NCBI GenBank assembly: GCA_043800705.1
Contig: JAZDMS010000016.1
Span: forward strand, 1 to 31,857
Length of the DNA stretch: 31,857 nucleotides
Reading direction: 5' to 3'
DNA from: Candidatus Altiarchaeota archaeon
Lineage (GTDB): Archaea; Altiarchaeota; Altiarchaeia; IMC4; SCGC-AAA252-I15
Part shown: one piece after another, positions 19,648 to 28,482 of the stretch
How positions within the stretch are numbered: position 1 is the first letter of the stretch
Layout of the letters: each line of letters begins with the position of its first letter
The notes under the pieces: generated by a model
Seen by the model: only the letters and a program-made list of their open reading frames with translations
Told to the model about the DNA's origin: nothing
Databases searched by the model: none
Made by a program: the position numbers and the translations under genes

Positions 19648-19998
19648 ATGGCAACAAAAACTAAAAGGGGGGGCAAGACGGCCGCTGCTAATAAACATGT
19701 GAAATCTTCCGAGAAGGCCGCTAAGACAGGCAGTAAATCGCTTCCGAAGAAGCCCCTCAAGCATGAGGCGAAGGCGGCTGGCAAGAAGATAAAGTGCTGC
19801 AGCAACTGTCCTGACTTCGAATATTGCGAGGAGAAGGCCATATGCTGTGATTATTGCGACTTCTACCTGAACGGAAAGTGCACCTTCGGCAAGAAGAAGG
19901 GCATACCGTCCGTGAACCAGGAGATCGAGCTTCCAGACTACAGGGGAGACGACTACGGCATAGACGACTACGAGGCCTACGAGCCCGTCTACGAGTAG
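19648..19998 (+). CDS. small hypothetical protein: Lys/Ala-rich N-terminus, Cys-rich core, acidic tail
   Basis: CCSNC..CEEK..CCDYC...C; GC-rich third positions; TTTATC upstream. Confidence 0.7.
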   Translation: MATKTKRGGKTAAANKHVKSSEKAAKTGSKSLPKKPLKHEAKAAGKKIKCCSNCPDFEYCEEKAICCDYCDFYLNGKCTFGKKKGIPSVNQEIELPDYRGDDYGIDDYEAYEPVYE

Positions 19999-20753
19999 CC
20001 TGCAAGGTCGAGGACCACTTTCCGGAAGGGCAGAGACTTCACTATCAGAGTTGAATTCGCAACGACTTTTCCGAACTCGCCATTTTCCACTTCGATGCGT
20101 CCCACGCCAAGGTCGGCGCCTTCGAGCCGGACCCGCACCTGGGTCAGTCCGAGAGACCGGAGGAAATCCTCCGCGTTCTCGATTTTTTTCAGGCGCCGTA
20201 GCGTGACATCAGAGCCGGTCGGGATCCTGGATGCAAGGCACGCCCCCGAAGGCTTCGAATGGTCGAGGCCGTAGCCTTTCGCAAGCCTCCTGACAGCCTT
20301 CTTCGAATATCCGAGCACCGCGAGTGGGGACGATATCCCGGCCTCCTTAAGGGCGCGGTACCCGGGCCGGTGACCGCAGAGGTCTTCGGCGTTCGTGCCT
20401 TCGACGATGAGGGAGATCGTGTGGTTTTTTGCGACCTCCTTCAGCTTTTCCGCCATCTTTCTCTTGCAGAAGAAGCAGCGGTCATGGGAGTTCCGGCTGA
20501 ACTCCAAGTCAGACAGTTCGCTGTATTTCACGACGACATGCCTGATCCCGATCCTCTTCGCAGTCTTCCTCGCCGCATCCAGCTCGCTTCTGGGGAGAGT
20601 GGGGGTGTCGAACGTGACAGCCAGCGCCCCCTTGCCCAACGCGTCGAATGCTGCCTTAGCAAGTACGCTGGAGTCTACACCACCGGAGAACGCGACAAGC
20701 GCTTTACGTTCATTGCCGAAAAAGCGGGCCAGCTTCGAGGCGGACATCAGCAT
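19989..20753 (-). CDS. larE: LarE-like ATP-dependent sulfur transferase (PP-loop)
   Basis: AFSGGVDSS, RCFFCK, GTNAED...RPG, SPL, ACLASRIP, QVRVR. Confidence 0.88.
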   Translation of the reverse strand: MLMSASKLARFFGNERKALVAFSGGVDSSVLAKAAFDALGKGALAVTFDTPTLPRSELDAARKTAKRIGIRHVVVKYSELSDLEFSRNSHDRCFFCKRKMAEKLKEVAKNHTISLIVEGTNAEDLCGHRPGYRALKEAGISSPLAVLGYSKKAVRRLAKGYGLDHSKPSGACLASRIPTGSDVTLRRLKKIENAEDFLRSLGLTQVRVRLEGADLGVGRIEVENGEFGKVVANSTLIVKSLPFRKVVLDLAGYS

Positions 20754-20785
20754 ATATTACCCCTGTTTTACATAATAAGGGAATC

Positions 20786-22015
20786 ATGGATTCAAGGGTT
20801 TCGGGTTTTTACAAGCTGTCGCCGACCGAGCGGCTGGCGAAGGTCAAGTCGGAATGCGGCCTCACAGAAGAAGAGGCGAACGTGCTTTCCGGCGCCGGAC
20901 TGGGCCTCGCCCAGGCGGACAAGATGGCCGAGAACGTAATCGGGCTCTTCCAGCTGCCAATGGGTGTGGCGGTGAACTTCCAGATCAACGGGAAAGACTG
21001 CCTCGTCCCGATGGTCACCGAGGAGCCGTCAGTCATCGCTGCCGCCAGTAACGCAGCGAAGATGATCCGCTTAGGCGGGGGCTTCAAGGCTACAAGCACC
21101 GACCCGATAATGGTCGGGCAGATACAGGTCGTGAACGCGAAAAAGGATGCCAAAAATGGCATATTGGCGAAGAAGAGGGAGCTGATAGAGTTCGCGCAGT
21201 CCCTCGACCCGACGCTGGTCAAGTTCGGTGGAGGGGTCAAAGACCTCCGGGTCAGGGACGTCGATGACATGCTCGTCATCCACCTGCACGTCAACGTCGC
21301 GGACGCGATGGGCGCCAACGCGGTGAACACGATGTGCGAGAAGCTGTCGCCGAAGATCGAGGAGCTGTCTGGCGGCAAAGTCATACTGAAGATACTCACC
21401 AACTACGCCCTTGAGAGGACGGCAAAAGCCTCCTGTGTGGTGCCGAAGGAGGCGGTGGGCGGCGAAGAATACGTCGACCGCATAATCTGGGCCTACAGGC
21501 TCGCTGCAGCAGACGTGTTCCGCGCAGTCACCCACAACAAGGGGGTAATGAACGGAGTCACCGCCCTCGTCCTGGCCACAGGCAACGACACCCGCGCAGT
21601 CGAGGCCGGATGCCACAGCTTCGCGTCAAGGAGCGGCAGATACACGTCGCTGACTACTTGGACAAAGAACAAGAAGGGAGACCTTGAAGGCTCCATCGAG
21701 ATACCGGTCGCAGTCGGCCTCGTAGGGGGCGCGACGAGGACCCACCCCGTCGCCAAGGCCGCCGTGAAGATCATCGGCGTCAAATCCGCAAGGGAACTCG
21801 GCGAAGTGATGGCCTGCCTGGGGCTCGCGCAGAATTTCGCGGCAATAAGGGCGCTGGCATCGGAAGGCATACAGAAGGGCCACATGAGGCTGCATGCGAG
21901 GAACATCGCAGTCACCGCAGGCGCCGAAGGCGAGAAGGCGGACAGGGCCGCGGAAGAGATGATAAAGTCCGGCAAAATCAGCGTAGACGAGGCGAAGAGG
22001 ATACTCGGCAAATAG
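20786..22015 (+). CDS. mvaA: class II HMG-CoA reductase
   Basis: ENVIG, EEPSVIAAAS, DAMGANAVN, THNKG, GNDTRAVEAG, GIQKGHMRLHAR. Confidence 0.95.
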   Translation: MDSRVSGFYKLSPTERLAKVKSECGLTEEEANVLSGAGLGLAQADKMAENVIGLFQLPMGVAVNFQINGKDCLVPMVTEEPSVIAAASNAAKMIRLGGGFKATSTDPIMVGQIQVVNAKKDAKNGILAKKRELIEFAQSLDPTLVKFGGGVKDLRVRDVDDMLVIHLHVNVADAMGANAVNTMCEKLSPKIEELSGGKVILKILTNYALERTAKASCVVPKEAVGGEEYVDRIIWAYRLAAADVFRAVTHNKGVMNGVTALVLATGNDTRAVEAGCHSFASRSGRYTSLTTWTKNKKGDLEGSIEIPVAVGLVGGATRTHPVAKAAVKIIGVKSARELGEVMACLGLAQNFAAIRALASEGIQKGHMRLHARNIAVTAGAEGEKADRAAEEMIKSGKISVDEAKRILGK

Positions 22016-23632
22016 TCATCCATCCAGGAGTTTGCCCTCATTCTTCTGTGCCTTAAGCTCCCCCCAGAGTTTTTTAAACCTTTCTGCGAAATCATCAAGT
22101 GAGGCTTCCGTCGGATCTTCCGGCAGCACGGCAACGCCATTGCCCTCAAGTATCGCATCTACGATCGGCCTTGTCTTCAACCTATCCGCCGGGATGAGCA
22201 GGACAAGTCCTGAATCGTCGGAGGCTACCGGCTTGTATACTGAACCGAGAGATTCCCCTTTTCCTAGTTTCTGTTCGGGCACTTGGACCAACAGATGGCT
22301 TGTTCCCTGATTTTCTATGCTGTGATAGTCCCCGCCGACAAGCATAGCCTTCGCCTCAGGTTCGATGACCGAGGGATCGTAGAATCTTTCTATGAAACCG
22401 ACGGCCCTGCCGCCGGCCAGGGGTATGACGAGCTCAGTGGCCACCGGCGCAATCACTGCGGCAAGTTTCCCCTTCATTCCCCCTCCTTCGAAGACGGTCT
22501 CTTGGAGGAGTTCTTTCATGGCCCTCATCCGCTTAAGCCCGGGGGAATCCCTGTTGGCTTCTCTGCCGACTTTCGCAGCATCTTTCGTATCCTTATATGC
22601 GGCATGATATTCTCCAAGCAGGCCATATTCTCTCACAAGTTCTTTAGCACGCTCCTCTCCCATGTGTTTTACTACGGAATCGGGGGCGTTCTTGCTGGGG
22701 TGAGGCAGGAAACCAACCAGGTCCGGTTCAGCTTTTACCATCCCGGCAACTTCCTCGGCCGTCTTTTTTCCATGCTTCTCATGGAACAAATCCGCCAGCC
22801 TCTTCCTTGGATCCATGCTAATGACGCCGATCTCCCCGGTGTATTTTCCGTCTTTATCGTAGGTTTTCACCTCGATGCCTTTCCACAGCGTCTTCACGCC
22901 TTCAAGGTCCTTGGGCTTATTTGCCATTAGTGTGTCGTAGACGTACTCTGAATCTAGAAGCCCCTTATTGTGCGTTAAAACGACCATGTCCGTGGTCTTG
23001 GACTTCCTGAAATTCTCCCAGAACCTTCGGCAATGCTCCTTCGACAACACATGCTTCCCATCAACTTTGTCGCCGAATACGTGCTCGTGCGAGTCGAATC
23101 TTACTTCGCCGCCAATCACGGGCTTCATCTTCTGCACAATCTCGCTTGAGGCCCCTTCTACCGCCTCAATCTCCCCGAGTATCTGAGTCGCATCTTTGCC
23201 TTTTGAGCCGCGCATTAACATGATCCTCTTCGCATCCAGTTGTCTGCTTCGGGATTCAAATGACGCTCTCACGTCTAAAATTGATTCCCCACCCCTCAGA
23301 CGTGAAGCGACGTCGGATAAATCAGGGCCGTGCAGATTCAACGCCTTCCCCGCAAGGTCTTCCTGCACGAAATCCACAAGGGCCTCAGCCTCGGGATTTG
23401 TGATATCCAATCTCTTGAATTGACTGTTTATCTCAGACGCCGCTGTTTGCCGTGCAACGACAGGACCCTTCTTTCCTATGCTCCAACCGATGAATTCCTC
23501 CACCTGCCCGCGCTCGACCCTGGCAACCCGGAGTTTTTGGCCTACTTCCTCGAGTAGCATTTCCCGCTGCTGCTTAGGCGTTAGAACCGCCGGATTCCTG
23601 ACCTTCTCCACGTATGAAATACCGAAGCGCAA
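22016..23632 (-). CDS. hypothetical protein with divergent PHP-like metallohydrolase domain
   Basis: DSHEH, VLTH, GIEVKT, PHP and GGDYH in PHP motif order; ~170-aa helical N-terminal extension; start uncertain. Confidence 0.7.
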   Translation of the reverse strand: MRFGISYVEKVRNPAVLTPKQQREMLLEEVGQKLRVARVERGQVEEFIGWSIGKKGPVVARQTAASEINSQFKRLDITNPEAEALVDFVQEDLAGKALNLHGPDLSDVASRLRGGESILDVRASFESRSRQLDAKRIMLMRGSKGKDATQILGEIEAVEGASSEIVQKMKPVIGGEVRFDSHEHVFGDKVDGKHVLSKEHCRRFWENFRKSKTTDMVVLTHNKGLLDSEYVYDTLMANKPKDLEGVKTLWKGIEVKTYDKDGKYTGEIGVISMDPRKRLADLFHEKHGKKTAEEVAGMVKAEPDLVGFLPHPSKNAPDSVVKHMGEERAKELVREYGLLGEYHAAYKDTKDAAKVGREANRDSPGLKRMRAMKELLQETVFEGGGMKGKLAAVIAPVATELVIPLAGGRAVGFIERFYDPSVIEPEAKAMLVGGDYHSIENQGTSHLLVQVPEQKLGKGESLGSVYKPVASDDSGLVLLIPADRLKTRPIVDAILEGNGVAVLPEDPTEASLDDFAERFKKLWGELKAQKNEGKLLDG

Positions 23633-23646
23633 GGTTAAGAACTACA

Positions 23647-23810
23647 TCATCTCTTCAGCCGCTTATAAGCCCCGAGGCCGATCAGCGCCAGCGCTGCGAC
23701 GACGCATATGGGGCATACCGCCATTCCCAAAGCGGCCTCCGCGTATGCGGCAGCTCCTAGGCCCCCGCCAGCCAGGAGTTCGAGCGTACCTTGCCCTTTT
23801 CAGTTACCAT
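23647..23810 (-). pseudogene. small CxxC membrane protein gene with a 1-nt frameshift (or sequencing error)
   Basis: MVTEKGK in one frame; GTLELLAGGGLGAAAYAEAALGMAVCPICVVAALALIGLGAYKRLKR* in the adjacent frame; span 164 nt. Confidence 0.55.
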
Positions 23811-23868
23811 GGATTAACCATTGTTTTAATATGTTATTTATCACATTCTTTATCCGTCGGGTGTAATC

Positions 23869-24609
23869 GTGTCGATCCTGGAAGTGAAAGGCCTCTCAGT
23901 GGAGGTCGAAGGCAAGCGCGTCATAGACGACGTCGACATCACATTGGAGGAGGGGGAGACATACGTCCTTTTCGGCCCCAACGGCTCCGGCAAGACCAGC
24001 CTCGTCAACACCCTTATGGGCCTGCCGGAGTATCGCGTTGTCTCCGGGAGCATCCTCTTCGACGGGCTCGACGTTACGAGGAAGCCCATCGACGAGAGGG
24101 CGAAGCTCGGCATGAGGCTCGGTTTCCAGCTGCCGCCGGAGATCACGGGCGTCAAGCTCAGGGACATCGTAAAGATCTGTACGGGCCTCAAGCCCAAGGA
24201 CGCGCTCGGAAAGGCGCAGCTTGACCTGGTCGAAAGGCTCAACCTAACGGAATTCCTCGACAGGGACATAAACCGCGGATTCTCTGGCGGAGAGCGCAAA
24301 CGCGCCGAAGTCCTCCAGATGCTCGCCATGAGGCCGAAGCTGATGCTGCTTGACGAGCCGGACAGCGGCGTCGACGCCGAGAGCCTTAAGCTGATAGGGC
24401 AGATGATCCAGGAGTACCTGACGGAGTCGAAGGCGTCAGCGCTCATCATCACACACCAAGGACAGATCCTGGAGTACATCAAAGCCAGGAAGTCCTGCGT
24501 GTTCATGGAGAAGATAGTCTACTGCCATGCGATGCCGAAGGAGATAATCAAATCCATCCAGGACAACGGCTACGAAGGCTGCCTGGAATGCCAGAGGAGG
24601 AAGACATGA
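23869..24609 (+). CDS. sufC: Fe-S assembly ATPase SufC/SmsC
   Basis: GPNGSGKTS, FSGGERKRAE, LDEPDSGVD, IITHQG; C-terminal CLEC. Confidence 0.92.
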   Translation: MSILEVKGLSVEVEGKRVIDDVDITLEEGETYVLFGPNGSGKTSLVNTLMGLPEYRVVSGSILFDGLDVTRKPIDERAKLGMRLGFQLPPEITGVKLRDIVKICTGLKPKDALGKAQLDLVERLNLTEFLDRDINRGFSGGERKRAEVLQMLAMRPKLMLLDEPDSGVDAESLKLIGQMIQEYLTESKASALIITHQGQILEYIKARKSCVFMEKIVYCHAMPKEIIKSIQDNGYEGCLECQRRKT

Positions 24610-25721
24610 GCTCGCTGACGGACCTGCCGCACAGGATACTCGAAACAGCCGCGAAGGCCGGAATCGAATCGGACAACAGATCGAGGGCGGGCTCCTACTT
24701 CCACGTAGACGACAAGGCCGTGTATTCCACCATCAACGAGATGTTCGATGGAAAGATAGAGATAATGGATGTGAAGGAGGCTCTCAAAAAACACGATTGG
24801 CTGATAGAGTACCTCTGGAACGCGGTCAAGGAGGACGCCGACGAGTACACGAAGGCTGTCGCAAAGGACTACAGCGGAGGCTACTTCATGAGGATACTGA
24901 AGGGGGCCCAGATAGATTTCCCGCTTCAAAGCTGCCTCATGCTCACCAAAAAGACGATGCACCAGAGGATACACAACATCATCATCGCAGAGGAGGGCTC
25001 CAACGCCAGGATCATCTCCGGCTGCGTCGCCCACCCCTCCGTCGGCGAGGGCAGCCACTACGGGATAAGCGAGTTCTATGTGAAAAAGGGAGCATACCTC
25101 AACTTCACCATGGTCCACAACTGGAGCGAGAACATCTATGTGCGACCCAGGAGCGCCGCCGTAATCGACGAAGGCGGCACGTTCGTGTCCAACTACATAT
25201 GCATGCAACCTGTCGCCGACCTCCAGATGTACCCGAAGGCGTACTGCAGGGGCAGGGGGAGCAGGGCGATGTTCAACAACATCATATACGTCGGAGGGGA
25301 TTCGAAGATGAGCGTCGGCTCCCTCATAGACCTGCAGGCGGAAGAATCCAGCGGCGAGATAGTGTCGAGGAACATCGTAAAGGACAGGGCACAGGTGTCG
25401 GCCCCGGCAAGGCTCCTTGGGAACGCTTCGAGGGTCAAGGCCCATATGGAATGCAGGGGACTCATACTCAACGACGGAGCCTCCATGAGCGCGATCCCGG
25501 AGCTGACAAGCAGGTTCAAGGACGTCGACATGAGCCACGAGGCCGCGGTCGGGAAGATCGCGGACAAGGAGATAAACTACCTCATGAGCCGCGGACTGGC
25601 CAGGGACGAGGCGACCTCCCTAATCGTGAGGGGCTTCCTGGACACCACCATCATGGGCCTGCCGAAAAACCTACAAGACGACGTCGACAGAATCGTCGAC
25701 CAGCTCGTGGAGGGGATGTGA
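24606..25721 (+). CDS. sufB: Fe-S assembly scaffold SufB/SufD-like (SmsB)
   Basis: FPLQSC, HNIIIAEEGS, AHMECRGL, HEAAVGKI..EINYLMSRGL; ATGA overlap with sufC. Confidence 0.92.
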   Translation: MSSLTDLPHRILETAAKAGIESDNRSRAGSYFHVDDKAVYSTINEMFDGKIEIMDVKEALKKHDWLIEYLWNAVKEDADEYTKAVAKDYSGGYFMRILKGAQIDFPLQSCLMLTKKTMHQRIHNIIIAEEGSNARIISGCVAHPSVGEGSHYGISEFYVKKGAYLNFTMVHNWSENIYVRPRSAAVIDEGGTFVSNYICMQPVADLQMYPKAYCRGRGSRAMFNNIIYVGGDSKMSVGSLIDLQAEESSGEIVSRNIVKDRAQVSAPARLLGNASRVKAHMECRGLILNDGASMSAIPELTSRFKDVDMSHEAAVGKIADKEINYLMSRGLARDEATSLIVRGFLDTTIMGLPKNLQDDVDRIVDQLVEGM

Positions 25722-25756
25722 GTCCCGTTATATTCTCGCCCTTCCCATATGCTCAT

Positions 25757-26176
25757 ATGTTTAAGGAGCCGGAACATCTGAAGCAGCCTGAGATTCGCAC
25801 AGGAAGAAGCCTGAGGGGGGAGGGATTCCCTGCGAAGATGAGGAATAAAGGCTGCCTGCTGGCCGGCAAGATGACGCTGATCGCGGCCATAGGCCTTATG
25901 ACTTTCGGCCAAACAGGCTGTAGCAGAGCCCCGGATTCCGAGAAGGCGCAGGAAAAGCCCGCAGCCGCCTCTAAATATCCCGTGTTCAGAAGCAGCGACG
26001 GCCCGAAGGGGGAAATCATCAAAAGCAAAGAGACAAGAGAGAGGGAGAAGATGGGGTATTTCGACCGGAAGGGCAAGGAACAGCGGCAAAACCTCACTGA
26101 GTCTGAGAGGAAACTGGTCAGGAAAGAGCTGGAACCCCAGCAGATGTGGGGGGGCAAAAAGGCCAAGGCAAGATAG
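25757..26176 (+). CDS. hypothetical lipoprotein-like protein, paralog 1
   Basis: 3' part of ORF 24797..26176; hydrophobic segment ending FGQTGCS shared with the next gene. Confidence 0.65.
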   Translation: MFKEPEHLKQPEIRTGRSLRGEGFPAKMRNKGCLLAGKMTLIAAIGLMTFGQTGCSRAPDSEKAQEKPAAASKYPVFRSSDGPKGEIIKSKETREREKMGYFDRKGKEQRQNLTESERKLVRKELEPQQMWGGKKAKAR

Positions 26177-26205
26177 TTTTATTTGCATCCTGCCCAGAGC
26201 ATAAC

Positions 26206-26772
26206 ATGCAAAAGGAATTCCCGCAGCAACAGATGCAGGAGCATGCCGGAAAATCCATCAGGGACGGCGGCGCCCTGATGAGGCTCAGGAGACGGGGTTC
26301 GACGGCGGCCTGCAAGGTTTTTCTCGCAGCTGACATGGCACTCATGGCCTTCGGCCAAACGGGTTGTTCCACTGAGAAGAAGGTCGACAAGCCGCAAGGC
26401 CAGAAGCAGGAGCAGAGATTCGACGAGAAAGACAAAGGATCCGACGTGAAAGGGCCGATATTCGACGAGAAGGGATTCGAAGTGGGCTCGGCAAAGAAGA
26501 AGGTAGACTCCCGGCTCAAAGAGGCGAGAAAGATGGCCAGACGGATGCGTGAGGATATGGGCCAGCCGCCGTCCGTCCAGGGCAACTTCACGACTGACGA
26601 AAAAGGCGACAGGGTAAGCGTCGAAGACAGATGGAAGCGGCTCATGAGCGAAGAGCCCAAGATCAGAACCGACAAGGAAGTCGACGGCTGGCTTAGGGAA
26701 GTCAAATCCTTGGAAGACGCCATGGGCCCGGAAAAAGTCAAACAACTCACGAATCAGTTCCAGCAGAAATGA
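26206..26772 (+). CDS. hypothetical lipoprotein-like protein, paralog 2
   Basis: MQKE... start; hydrophobic segment ending FGQTGCS; charged C-terminus. Confidence 0.68.
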   Translation: MQKEFPQQQMQEHAGKSIRDGGALMRLRRRGSTAACKVFLAADMALMAFGQTGCSTEKKVDKPQGQKQEQRFDEKDKGSDVKGPIFDEKGFEVGSAKKKVDSRLKEARKMARRMREDMGQPPSVQGNFTTDEKGDRVSVEDRWKRLMSEEPKIRTDKEVDGWLREVKSLEDAMGPEKVKQLTNQFQQK

Positions 26773-26776
26773 TATA

Positions 26777-28435
26777 TCAGAGGCCTGCCTTGCACTGCGC
26801 AAGCGGCGTATCGCAGTCTATCAGGGCCTGGTTTTGGTTGGGGCAGTTGAGGCACGGCTTCCAGTCCGCGTCGGTGCAACAGCACGTCTGGACACCTCTT
26901 GGTGTGGAATAACTGGAGAAGGCCGACGCCCAGCAGGTGGCCCGGCAGTTTGCGTTAAGCGCGTTCCCCTGGGCCGCCGCGTTCGCCTTGCATGCGTCCT
27001 CCGTTGCGGGGCCGGCGGTCACCGCGTATCCGTTGGCTCCCTGGCCGCCGCAGAATCCGGGGCAGTCGAACTGGCAGAGGCATCCGACGCATTTGGCGTT
27101 TCCGCAGTCGGCGTCCTTCTCGCATTCCTCGCCGTGGGTGACGATGCCGTCTCCGCAGCGGGCGGCGCTGCATTTGTAGCAGTCGGCGTACTGGCCTGAG
27201 CCCACCTTTGCGCACAGGCGCGAGTCGCATGTCGCGTCGCATCCGGCGAACCTGAAGTACCCCGACGAGGCGGGGCATGTTTCGACGCAGTGGTAGCAGC
27301 CGTCGCAGGTGTCATGCTCCTTGCATTCGAAATGCTTAGAGTCGCAGCTGGAGCACTTCGTAGAGTCGCCCCAGCCCTGCCCTAGCTTCGTGCAGTCCTT
27401 CTTGCACTCGTAGCATGGGGTCTGTTGATACCGGCTGCAGGTCTCGCATGCGCTGTTGCAGCCGCCGGAGCAGTCCGCCGACGAATACAGGTCTCCGGAG
27501 CACTGCACCGACGAGACGCACCTGCAGCTTGAGTCGCACACCTCGTACTCGCCAGCGCATTGGGTCGCCTGCCCACTCCAGAGAGGCTGCCCGTTCACTC
27601 TGCTGATCCTGTTGTTGTTCTCGCATTGTTCCCCTGCCTGCAACCTGCCGTCTCCGCAGCCAGAGCATTTGCAGTTGACGCATGATAGGCCGGATGGGCA
27701 CGGATAATTCGAGCCGTCGCATTCCTCTGTTCCGCCCGCCCCGCTCCACGATAGTCTGCCGTCTCCGCATACGGGATTGGCTGCAGGCGCCTGAGTGGTG
27801 GTCGTCTGACCGGGCTGGGTCGTAGACGAACCGGCGATTGTGGAGGCCGTGGTTGAACCCCCCTCCATCTCTTCTTCGGTGACGCATTGGGCGTTGACGC
27901 AGTATAGTTCGCCGCAGGTCTCGGCCTTGGAGGCCGTAACCTTGGCGATGCATTGGGAGTCGGGCGTCCCCGGTTTCGTGCACATCTGTATCGTCTTCTT
28001 AAGCCACACGTCGCCGTCCTTGCACAGCCTCTCCTCGACCGGCTGCCCACAGTCGGCGTTGGTCTTGCAGCCGGACTTGACTGTTGTCGTAGTCGCCTGC
28101 GTCGAAGAAGTCGTCTCCTGAGCCAAAGTCGTCGACGCCCGGGGGGCGGTCGTGGTCACACGAGACGTAGTGGTTGTGGGCGTCGGCCTGGTGGTCGTAG
28201 TGGCCTCATCCCTGTCGCATATGCCGTTCTGGTCCCTGTCGAGGCAGCATGCGTTTCCGACCGTCATATACGGCGGTTTGCAGACGATTCCCTGGGGTTC
28301 GGAATCGTCGCCGTCTCCGCCGCCAAACAAGCTCATGATGTAATCGATAAGGTCCCCGAACGAGAACGCAGAGGACATGCCCGCTAAGAGCACGCAAAGG
28401 ATGAATGCCGCGATGAACTTGTTCTTGCCCGCCAT
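26777..28435 (-). CDS. secreted Cys-rich surface protein with Thr-rich linkers and CGDG repeats
   Basis: Signal peptide; CKPPY....CCLD.D.NGICD motif; three CGDG...E.C repeats. Confidence 0.85.
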   Translation of the reverse strand: MAGKNKFIAAFILCVLLAGMSSAFSFGDLIDYIMSLFGGGDGDDSEPQGIVCKPPYMTVGNACCLDRDQNGICDRDEATTTTRPTPTTTTSRVTTTAPRASTTLAQETTSSTQATTTTVKSGCKTNADCGQPVEERLCKDGDVWLKKTIQMCTKPGTPDSQCIAKVTASKAETCGELYCVNAQCVTEEEMEGGSTTASTIAGSSTTQPGQTTTTQAPAANPVCGDGRLSWSGAGGTEECDGSNYPCPSGLSCVNCKCSGCGDGRLQAGEQCENNNRISRVNGQPLWSGQATQCAGEYEVCDSSCRCVSSVQCSGDLYSSADCSGGCNSACETCSRYQQTPCYECKKDCTKLGQGWGDSTKCSSCDSKHFECKEHDTCDGCYHCVETCPASSGYFRFAGCDATCDSRLCAKVGSGQYADCYKCSAARCGDGIVTHGEECEKDADCGNAKCVGCLCQFDCPGFCGGQGANGYAVTAGPATEDACKANAAAQGNALNANCRATCWASAFSSYSTPRGVQTCCCTDADWKPCLNCPNQNQALIDCDTPLAQCKAGL

Positions 28436-28482
28436 AAAACCACTCGCGATAAATGATTAAAAAGTCGGATATAAAAGCTGGA

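Noticed and set aside
3430-21402. Many long antisense/shadow ORFs (e.g. 3430..4182, 4404..5348, 17270..18229, 20809..21402)
   Set aside because: Expected from GC-rich codon bias opposite well-supported genes; no motifs
23640-23820. Structured ncRNA (SRP/RNase P) in a GC-rich gap
   Set aside because: No diagnostic motifs; better explained by the frameshifted small membrane gene
24797-26176. 459-aa ORF
   Set aside because: Alternate frame of sufB; only the part from 25757 looks coding
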